DNA of 64,000 bases from NCBI RefSeq assembly GCF_042231735.1, contig NZ_CP102577.1, forward strand, positions 3,167,281 to 3,231,280, given 5' to 3'. Both the position numbers and the translations under genes were made by a program. Positions 8,614-17,000 of this stretch are shown here, piece by piece. This stretch comes from Corallococcus exercitus (GTDB taxonomy: Bacteria; Myxococcota; Myxococcia; Myxococcales; Myxococcaceae). The notes beneath the pieces are model-generated. The model was given only the letters and a program-made list of their open reading frames with translations. It ran no database searches and was not told the origin of the DNA. Every line of letters begins with the position of its first letter. Position 1 is the stretch's first letter.

Positions 8614-11063
8614 TTACGTCCACGGCGTGAGGGCCGGGACTTGGAGGAGGACTTGGAGTCCGGAGACTTGGGCTCCGAAGGGTTCTTGGCCGCCTTCGGA
8701 GGCGCGGCGGAGGAAGCGGGCTCGGAGGCCTTGGAGGCGGCTGGCGTCGAGGGTGCTTCGGCCTTGGCGGGAGCCTCGGCCTTCGCGGGCACAGGACTCG
8801 CCGGAGGCACGGAGGCCGGTGCGGCCCTTCGCGCTGCCTCGGCGGCCTCACGGGCCCGGTCGAGCGCGCGCTGTTCGGACGCGGTGGGGCCGCGCGCCAC
8901 GCTCAAGGCCCATGGGTCCTTGGGAGGCTCGGGCTCCGAGGGCCGCCACGAATCCGTGGAGCCCGCCGCCGGAGCAGGTGCACCGGAGGAGAACGAAGTC
9001 TCGGCGCCCGCCGGAGTCGGAGTCGCCACGGCGTCGGGACGCGACACCGGCAGGTCCCGCGCTTCCAGCACCTCGCCCTGCGACGAGGTCGCGGCCACCT
9101 GCGCGCGCGGCTCCTCCAGATAGCGAGCGTCCGAAGCCCCGGCCGCTCGTGGCACCGTCAGGTACTGCTGATCCGACGCACCCGTCGCGCGATCCACGGA
9201 CAGGTAACGCTGATCCGAAGCGCCCGCCGCCCGGGGCACGGTGAGGTACTTCTGATCCGAGGCCCCCGTCACACGATCCGCGGACAGGTAGCGTTGATCC
9301 GAAGCCCCCGCGGCCCGGGACACGGTCAGGTACTGCTGGTCCGAAGCGCCCGCTTCCCGGGACACGGTCAGGTACTGCTGGTCCGAAGCTCCCGCCGCGC
9401 GCGGCACGGTCAGGTACCGCTGATCCGAAGCCCCCGGTGCACGCGGCACCTCCAGATACCCCTGCCCTGCCGCCCCCTCCACGTACCGCTGGTCCGAAGC
9501 GCCCGGCGCGCGCGGCACCTCCAGATAGCGGTACTCCGACACGCCGCCCGGAAGCACCTTCTGCCCGTACCGCTGATCCGAAGCGCCCGGCGCACGCGGC
9601 ACCTCCAGATACTGGGGCCCCGCCACCTCCCCGCCCTGCCCGTAACGCTGGTCCGAAGCCCCCGGAGCCCGCTCCACGGACAGATAGCGCTGATCCGAAG
9701 CGCCAGGTGCGCGCGACGGGGCCAGCACCGCGCCCTCACCGAGCGTCGCCTCCCCCATGCGCGCGTAACGCTGATCCGAAGCGCCAGGCGCACGCGGCGC
9801 GCTCTCCAGATAGGCCTCTTCCGCGTAGCGCTGGTCCGAAGCCCCCGGGACACGCGGCGCATCGACATAGGCCTCGTCGCGCTCGCGGTGGACCTCCGGC
9901 ACGTCCACCATGCCCGCGCTGCCCGGCAGCTTCACCCGGCGCCAGGTCACGTACTCGCGCTCCTCCACCCGGGGGACGCGCGCGGTCGCCGCCGAGGGAA
10001 CCCCCTCCGGGCGCAGCCGGTCCACCACGGGAGGCGGCGGCATGCGCAGGAACCGGATGGACGTGTCCTCCGAAGGCCCGGCGGGCGGCAGCGTGGCCCG
10101 ATTGGACGAATGTCCGATGCGGCGCGAGCGGCCATCCGAACCGACGAAGTGCGCCTCCACCCGGTACGTGCGCCCGGGCGTCATGCCCTGCAGGTAGAAG
10201 CTGCGCGACTCCAGCGCGAAGTCCACCTCGCGCGACACGCCCTCGCCGTCGAACACCTTCATCACGGCGCGCGGCGACGGCAGGTCGTCCAGCGCCCGGT
10301 TGCGGCTCGCGTCGCTGAAGTCCCAGAAGACGAAGAGCGTGTGCGGATCCCGCGCGAGCAGCACCATCGCGTCGTCCTGGTAGTCCAGGGGCAGCATGCC
10401 CAGGTGCTCGTCCCGCTCGGGCGACGCATCCGCGGGAGGCAGGCGCGGCGCCTGCTCCTCCAATAGGTGGTGGCGGCGCGCTTCCTTCTCCCCCGCCATC
10501 TTCGTCACGAAGAACCCCTCGACCAGGGGCTCGGCGGCATGCGGGGGCTCGCTCGCGGGCGCGGGCTTCGCGGCGGCGGGCACGTCCCCCTTGGGCGCGC
10601 TCGACGGGCGCGGCGTCGGCGCATCCGGAGCCAGGGGCTGCGTGTCCTCGTCGTCCGGGTCGCGGCGCGCCTTGCCCCGGGCGGGGAACGTCACCACCCG
10701 CGCGGGGCGCGTCTTGGGGCCACCGGGCTCCGTGATGGGCTCCTCGGAAAGTTCCCGTGCCTGTGATGCGGCGGAGCCCTCAGGCGAAGGCAGGGGCACG
10801 GTCTCGGGGGCCGGTTCGGGGACGGGACGTGAATCCGCCCGGCCGGAATCCAGCGCCCGCTCCTCGCCGCCCACGTCACCGGAGCCGCGCCGGGACGTCG
10901 CCAGCCCGGCCATGCGCGCGAGCCGCCCCAGGGCGGGAATGCGCTCGGTCAGCGAGGTGACGAACTCCCGCCCGCGGGACGCGCCAGCCCCATCCCGGAG
11001 GTATTTCCGGGCCAGCTGCCGCAGGTAGCTCACGGTGACGCCCTTCCGCTCATCCATGGACAC
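8610..11063 (-). CDS. DUF4912-like domain protein with ~15 tandem GASDQ(R/Q)Y repeats and a basic disordered C-terminus
   Basis: Central block LPLDYQDDAMVLLARDPHTLFVFWDFS...YRVEAHFVGSDGRSRRIG resembles the DUF4912 fold found beside GH57/GT4 genes. About 15 copies of xxPRAPGASDQRYL follow, then an Ala/Pro/Ser/Lys-rich tail. Translationally coupled to the GH57 gene. Confidence 0.55.
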   Translation of the reverse strand: MSMDERKGVTVSYLRQLARKYLRDGAGASRGREFVTSLTERIPALGRLARMAGLATSRRGSGDVGGEERALDSGRADSRPVPEPAPETVPLPSPEGSAASQARELSEEPITEPGGPKTRPARVVTFPARGKARRDPDDEDTQPLAPDAPTPRPSSAPKGDVPAAAKPAPASEPPHAAEPLVEGFFVTKMAGEKEARRHHLLEEQAPRLPPADASPERDEHLGMLPLDYQDDAMVLLARDPHTLFVFWDFSDASRNRALDDLPSPRAVMKVFDGEGVSREVDFALESRSFYLQGMTPGRTYRVEAHFVGSDGRSRRIGHSSNRATLPPAGPSEDTSIRFLRMPPPPVVDRLRPEGVPSAATARVPRVEEREYVTWRRVKLPGSAGMVDVPEVHRERDEAYVDAPRVPGASDQRYAEEAYLESAPRAPGASDQRYARMGEATLGEGAVLAPSRAPGASDQRYLSVERAPGASDQRYGQGGEVAGPQYLEVPRAPGASDQRYGQKVLPGGVSEYRYLEVPRAPGASDQRYVEGAAGQGYLEVPRAPGASDQRYLTVPRAAGASDQQYLTVSREAGASDQQYLTVSRAAGASDQRYLSADRVTGASDQKYLTVPRAAGASDQRYLSVDRATGASDQQYLTVPRAAGASDARYLEEPRAQVAATSSQGEVLEARDLPVSRPDAVATPTPAGAETSFSSGAPAPAAGSTDSWRPSEPEPPKDPWALSVARGPTASEQRALDRAREAAEAARRAAPASVPPASPVPAKAEAPAKAEAPSTPAASKASEPASSAAPPKAAKNPSEPKSPDSKSSSKSRPSRRGRK
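9080..9870. repeat. Coding tandem repeats (33-42 nt units) encoding (T/S)VPRA(P/A)GASDQ(R/Q)YL
   Basis: Visible in DNA as iterated ctgatccgaagcgcccg...cggcacggtcaggtac units; the 3'-proximal copies are near-identical 42-nt units and upstream copies are more diverged. Confidence 0.8.
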
Positions 11064-11192
11064 CTCGCCTCGTTATGACGCGGCATACAGGGGGTCAACG
11101 CATCCGTCACGGGATGTGTTGTTCCGCCGACCCCCTTCAACTTCGTTCACGCCCGATGACACCTCACCCCTGTCCAAGTATCCTGCGGCCGC

Positions 11193-14006
11193 TTGAGTGA
11201 CCTGCCCAGACTTCTCCTGTGCAGCTTCGATGTCATCCCCGGCCCGTCTGGCTCCTCACGCCGACTGACCGAGTATCTGAAGGCGTTGCCTGATCGCTTC
11301 TCCGTGGTGGTGCTGTCGGCGAAGACGCCCGACCACTCCCATATCGAGAAGTACCAGGGCGCCCGGCTGCTCCGCGTCCCGGTAGGCTCCGGGGACCTGG
11401 CGTCGCGCATCCAGTCCTTTGAACGGGCCGTGCGCCGGCAGCTCGAGAGCGAGGACTACGCCCTCGCCCACTTCACGGACCCCTTCGGCGGCTACGCGCT
11501 CTGCGAGCTGAAGGCGGACTACGGCTACCGCCTCATCTATGAGGCGCAGACGTTCCCCTCGCAGGAGCTGCGCTACACCCATCCGCAGACGGACGGGGAC
11601 CGCCGCTTCCTGTCGAAGATCCGCCGCCAGGAGCTGTTCTGCCTGATGAACGCGGACCTCGTCGTCACCGGCTCCCAGACGACGCGCGCGTACATCCAGG
11701 GGCTGGGCGCGGCGGAGGACCAGCTGCGCACGATTCGCGCGCCGGTGGACCTGAAGCCGTACGACCCGGAGGTGCTCGGCGCCCCGGACGGTTCGCCCCT
11801 GCGGATGATGTACCTGGGCAGCCACGTGGGCTGGCAGGGCCTGCCCACCCTGCTGCGCGCCACCGCGCTCGCGTCCCAGCAGGTGGACGTGCGCCTGACG
11901 CTGGTGGGCGCGCACCACCCGGACTGGAAGCCCCACCTGGAGGACCTGGTCAACGACCTGGGCATCAAGGAGAAGGTCGACTTCCAGCCGCCCGTCGCGC
12001 ACGACGACCTGGTGAAGGTGCTGGCGCTGGCGGACGTGGGCGTGCTGCCGCTGGACGACTCGGAGCGCAACCGGCTCCAGGGCGGACCGCTGGCCAAGGT
12101 CTCCGAGTACCTGGCCGCCGGCCGGCCGGTCATCGCCGCGGACCTGCCCGTCACCCGCGAGCTGATTCCGAAGGACGCGGCCGTCTTCTTCCCCCCGGGC
12201 GACAGCCGCGCCCTCTCCGAGCGCATCCTGGACCTGGCGCGCGACGTGCCCCGCCGCGTGGCGCTGGGGAAGGCCGGGCGTGCGTTCGCGGAGAAGGTGC
12301 TGGACGCGGGCCTCATCCGGGGCCAGCTGCTGGACCTCTACGACTCGCTCCTGGAGAAGCGCGGCCACGTCCCGGTGGAGGCCGCCAGCGAGCCGCCCGA
12401 CGTCACGATGACGGGCACGCCCACGAACCGGCTCGCGAACCTGGGCATGCCGGAGGCGTCCAAGCCCGCGCCGGCCCCCAAGCCGCCCGCGCAGGCCGCG
12501 CCCGAAGAAGCCGCCGCGCCCCCCGCGAAGGAAGGCGCGGAGGACCCGCCCGTGGTGATGGGCATGGCCCTGGACGACGGGATGGACACCCGGCTGGTCA
12601 AGACCGAGCCGGACATGCGGCCCGACGAAGTCCCCATGGTCATGGGCCTGCCGCTCCGGGAGTCCACCGCGCCCGCGGGTGAGGAGGCCGCGTCCCCGCA
12701 GGAGCCCGCGGCCGCATCCAAGCCGGCCGACGACACCGCGAGGACCGCTGGCCCCACGAAGCAGGAGCAGGAACCCCTGGGAGGCCGAGGCTCGGAGCCG
12801 ACTCCGCCCACCGAGATGGTGACGAGCCCCTCCGCGAAGCCCCTGGCCATCGCCATGGCCATGAAGGAGGCCGCCAGGGACGACGCCGGGGCTTCCGACC
12901 CGCGGGAGGGCGCCTCTGCCGAGGATGCCTCCTCCTCTGGAGCGACGGCGGTCGTGCGCCGGCCGGCCTCCCCTGAAGAGGAGGAGCGCGCCCCCACCCC
13001 GGTGGTCCGCCGCCCCCCGTCGCCGGAGGACGAGTCCCCCGCGGCCACGCCCATCGTGCGCCGGCCCACGTCCCTCACGGAGGACGAGGAGCGGGCCCCC
13101 ACGCCCGTCGTGCGCAGGGCCGGGGTCATGCGTGAGGAGGAGGAGTCCCCCGCGCCCACGCCCATCGTGCGCCGCCCCTCCGTCCTGACCGAGGACTTCC
13201 CGGAGCCGCCGGCCCCCACCCCCATCGTGCCCATGCGCTCCCTGCTCAACGGGGCGCGGAGCACGGGCTCCGGCCGGGCGCAGCGTCCACAGGAACCGGC
13301 CCCGACGGAACCTCCCCGCCTCTTCCCCACCCCTCCCATGGCCGACGCGGACAAACCGCCCATCCGTGGCGGCCTCGCCGCTGATCCGGGCCGGCCCGCC
13401 TCCTCCCGTCCCCCGGTGCTCACGGAGTCCGACAAGCCGCCCATCCGTGGGGGGGCCCTCTCCGACGCGGAGAAGCCGCCCATCCGAGGGGGCTCCGTCT
13501 CCGAAGCGGAACGCCCGCCGCAGCTGCCGCCCCGCGCCGCCGCGCCGCCGCCCGTTCCGCGCCAGGGGCCGCCCCGGCTGAGCCCCACGCCGCCCGTGTT
13601 GAAGCCGTCCTCGGCCGCGTCCCCGGACGACGAGCCGGAGGAGATCGCCGCCGACGAGGCCCAGTCCCTGGACGACGACGCCGGGCATACGCCGGCCCGC
13701 GCCAGCGCGGCCCTGGACGAGGCGGAGGAGATCGGCAGCGACGAGGTCCACGACGCGGACTCGCTGGACATGGAGGCCGCGGACGCGGTGGAGGCCGTGG
13801 ACGAGGGGCCTCCGCCCGCGCCGCCCGACTCCGCCCTCAACCCGTGGTTCGCGCAGCTCGCGCACGGCTACTGCCCCCCCGAGGGCGCCCGCTTCGCCCG
13901 GCACACCCCGCCCACCAACTTCCCCGGGCGGGATCCGGACTCGGACGCGTCCCCCGGGTCGGGGCCCCCTGTCGGACAGGGAGCGGTTCGCGGCAAGAAC
14001 TCGTGA
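11193..14006 (+). CDS. Glycosyltransferase family 4 (GT-B, group 1) with ~550-aa Pro/Ala/Glu-rich disordered C-terminal extension
   Basis: The N-terminal ~390 aa align to GT4 (HVGWQGLPTLL, LTLVGAHHP, EYLAAGRPVIAAD, FFPPGDS). The C-terminal half is low complexity with repeats APTP(V/I)VRRP..E(D/E)E x5 and DKPPIRGG x4. TTG start at 11193 taken from the ORF track. Divergent from the DUF4912/GH57 operon. Confidence 0.7.
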   Translation: MSDLPRLLLCSFDVIPGPSGSSRRLTEYLKALPDRFSVVVLSAKTPDHSHIEKYQGARLLRVPVGSGDLASRIQSFERAVRRQLESEDYALAHFTDPFGGYALCELKADYGYRLIYEAQTFPSQELRYTHPQTDGDRRFLSKIRRQELFCLMNADLVVTGSQTTRAYIQGLGAAEDQLRTIRAPVDLKPYDPEVLGAPDGSPLRMMYLGSHVGWQGLPTLLRATALASQQVDVRLTLVGAHHPDWKPHLEDLVNDLGIKEKVDFQPPVAHDDLVKVLALADVGVLPLDDSERNRLQGGPLAKVSEYLAAGRPVIAADLPVTRELIPKDAAVFFPPGDSRALSERILDLARDVPRRVALGKAGRAFAEKVLDAGLIRGQLLDLYDSLLEKRGHVPVEAASEPPDVTMTGTPTNRLANLGMPEASKPAPAPKPPAQAAPEEAAAPPAKEGAEDPPVVMGMALDDGMDTRLVKTEPDMRPDEVPMVMGLPLRESTAPAGEEAASPQEPAAASKPADDTARTAGPTKQEQEPLGGRGSEPTPPTEMVTSPSAKPLAIAMAMKEAARDDAGASDPREGASAEDASSSGATAVVRRPASPEEEERAPTPVVRRPPSPEDESPAATPIVRRPTSLTEDEERAPTPVVRRAGVMREEEESPAPTPIVRRPSVLTEDFPEPPAPTPIVPMRSLLNGARSTGSGRAQRPQEPAPTEPPRLFPTPPMADADKPPIRGGLAADPGRPASSRPPVLTESDKPPIRGGALSDAEKPPIRGGSVSEAERPPQLPPRAAAPPPVPRQGPPRLSPTPPVLKPSSAASPDDEPEEIAADEAQSLDDDAGHTPARASAALDEAEEIGSDEVHDADSLDMEAADAVEAVDEGPPPAPPDSALNPWFAQLAHGYCPPEGARFARHTPPTNFPGRDPDSDASPGSGPPVGQGAVRGKNS
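12940..13500. repeat. Coding tandem repeats in the GT4 tail (APTPVVRRPxSxEDE units; DKPPIRGG units)
   Basis: Repeated cgcccccacccc(g/c)tcgtgcgccg... and gacaagccgcccatccgtggggg motifs at DNA level. Confidence 0.7.
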
Positions 14007-14093
14007 GGCAGCCGACCGAGCGCTGCTCGGAAACTTCCCAAGCCTTGTGCGCGCCCGATAGGATGTGGCGGTTTTCACTGCACTTTTTGCTGG

Positions 14094-17000
14094 GTGAAGG
14101 GCTTCATGGAGCGTCGCGTCCTCATCGTCGAAAGCCAGAACGACTTCGCACTCAGCATGGCCTCCGTGCTCAAGAGCGCGGGCTACAACACGGCCATGGC
14201 CACCACTGCGTCAGACGCGCAGCGGGAGCTGGAGAAGCGCCGACCGGACCTCGTGGTCGTGCGCGCGGAGCTGCCGGACCAGTCCGGCTTCGCCCTCTGT
14301 GGGCAGATCAAGAAGGGCAAGTGGGGCCAGAACCTGAAGGTCCTCCTGCTCTCCTCGGACTCCGGCGTGGAGGGTCTGAACAAACACCGTGAGACGCCCG
14401 CCGCCGCGGACGGCTACCTCGTCATCCCGTTCGAGATGGGCGAGCTCGCCTCCATGAGCGCGGGCATCGTGCCGCCCGGCTCCGACGAGACGGACGCGGA
14501 CCTGGACGCCGCGCTCTCTGGCGCACCGCGTGAGGCCCCGCCGCCCATGCCCGGCGTGCGCACGGGCGCCCCGCCCAAGCTGCCCAAGCGCGAGCGCCGC
14601 AGCGCGATGACGGACGAGGACAAGGCCTTCATGGACCGGGCCTTCACGTCCATCGCGGACCGCAAGGCGGAGCTCCTGGCGGAGTCGCGCCAGTTGAAGC
14701 GCCCGCCCCCGCGCCGCGAGCTGATGGGCACGCCCGAGGGCAAGATTCAAATCCTCCGGGACGAGCTGAAGACGCGTGAAGCCCAGCTCGCGCGCCTGTC
14801 CGAAATCTGGAGCGTCCGCGAGCGCGAGCTGCTCTCCGTCGAGGACCGCCTCCACGAGAAGGACGTGGAGCTGCAGGGCCTGAAGATGCAGGTGGACGAC
14901 CTGCTCAGGCGCTTCAACGACGCGCAGCAGTCCATCGTCCAGAAGGAGCGCGAGCACGGCGCCACCGTCGACGACCTGCTCCTCCAGAAGTTCTCCTCGG
15001 AGAAGGACCTCATCGAGGTCGTCGCCTCCAAGGAGAAGGACATCAACGTCCTGCGCAAGGAGGTCAACCTCCGCGACGAGGAGCTGTCCCGGCGCGGCGC
15101 GGACCTGGAGAACTGGCGCAACGAGTTCGACAAGCTGGAGAAGCACCTCGGCGTCGTCACGCTGGAGTTCGAGGTCAAGGAGCAGAAGCTCCAGGACACC
15201 GTCCGCGCCAACGAGACGGAAATCCTCCAGCTGCGCGAGCGCGGCGACCAGTTCGAGTCCGAGCTGTCCCGCACCGTCAGCGAGCGCGACCAGCGCTACG
15301 CGGAGCTCGACGGCGAGCTGCAGGCCCTCCAGGAGCGGCTGACCCAGACCGAGCAGGAGCGCGACGCCACCGTGCGCGGCCTGGAGGCCCGGGCCACCAC
15401 CGCGGAGGAGCACGCCAGCCGCTCGGACGCGGAGATCGAGCGCCTCAACGCCGAGCGCGCCGCCCTGGAGCAGCGCCTCACGCAGCAGGTGGCGGACCTG
15501 GAGTCCGACATCGCGCGCGTCACCGGCGAGCGCGACCAGCTCCGGCTGGACAAGGACGCCCTCGAAGCGGACCTCACGCAGCGCGTGGAGGAGCGGGACA
15601 CGAAGATCTCCGCGCTCGACCGCGAGCTGCAGGAGACCATCGCCCGCAACGAGAACAGCGAGGCGGAGCTCAACGCCACCATCCAGCAGCACCGCGAGCG
15701 CATCGGTGAGCTGGAGGGCGAAGTCGAGGCCGTCAAGACGCACCTGGAGGACCGCGAGAACGAGCTGAACGGCGAGCTCCAGGCGCTCCAGCAGGCCAAG
15801 GACGCGCTGGAGCAGGACCTCACCAGCCAGCTGGAGGACCTGCGCGCGGCGAAGGACGCCCTGGAGGCGGACCTCAACGGCCAGATTCAAGCGCTCACCG
15901 AGCAGCTGGACGCGGCCCAGCGCCAGGGCGAACAGCTCTCCGCGCGCGTGGCCTCGCTCGAGGACACCGTCGCCCAGCGCGACGGCACCATCGAGGGCCT
16001 GCAGACCGACGTCGCGGACCGCGACGCGCGCATCTCCGAGCTGACCGGAAACCTGGAGGCCACCAGCCAGCAGCTCACCGAGACGCAGGGCACGCTCTCC
16101 AGCACGGAAGCCACCCTCGCGGAGACGCGCGGCGAGCTGGAAGCCACCAGCCAGCAGCTCTCCGAGACGCAGAACACGCTCTCCAGCACCGAGGGCACGC
16201 TGGCGGAGACGCGCGGCGAGCTGGAAGCCACCAGCCAGACCCTCGCGGACACCCAGTCCCGGCTCGCCCAGACGGAGGAGACGCTCTCCACCACGCGCGG
16301 TGAGCTGGAGGCCACCAGCCAGACGCTGGCCACCACCGAGGCGACGCTCGCGCAGACGCAGGACACGCTGGCGCGCACGGAAGGCACGCTCGCCGACACG
16401 CAGGGCACCCTCGCCAGCACCGAAGGCACGCTGGCGGAGACCCGCGGCGAGCTGGAGGCCACCAGCCAGACCCTCGCGGACACCCAGTCCCGGCTCGCGC
16501 AGACGGAGGAGACGCTCTCCACCACGCGCGGTGAGCTGGAGGCCACCAGCCAGACGCTGGCGGACACGCAGGCCACGCTCTCCAGCACGGAGGGCACGCT
16601 CGCGGAGACGCGCGGTGAGCTGGAGGCCACCAGCCAGACGCTGACGGAGACCCAGTCCAAGCTCGCGCAGACGGAAGGGACGCTCGCGTCCACCCTGAGC
16701 GAGCTGGAGGTCACCAGCACGACCCTCGCGCGCACCGAGGCGACCCTCGCGGACACGCAGGGCACGCTGGCGCGCACGGAGGGCACGCTCGCCGACACGC
16801 AGGCGACGCTGTCCAGCACGGAAGGCACGCTCGCGGAGACGCGCGGTGAGCTGGAGGCCACCAGCCAGACGCTGACGCAGACCCAGGAGACCCTGGAGAC
16901 GACGCGCGGCGACCTGGCGAAGGTGACCTCGCACCGCGACGAGCTGGACGCGGAGCTCAACGAGACGCGCGACATCCTGCAGCAGACCAACGGCCTCCTC

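Noticed and set aside
9080-9870. Periodic DNA repeats that could be mistaken for a CRISPR array or minisatellite
   Set aside because: Units are in frame and encode a repeated peptide inside a long ORF. Spacers are not unique-sequence and there are no cas genes nearby.
11256-14078. 940-aa minus-strand ORF antisense to the GT4 gene; similar giant antisense ORFs at 14211..18479 (1422 aa), 34736..40246 (1836 aa), 2869..4617 and 7099..9123
   Set aside because: Translations are Arg/Gly/Ala/Leu-rich low complexity with no domain motifs, whereas the opposite strand encodes recognisable proteins. Long stop-free antisense frames are expected at about 70% GC.
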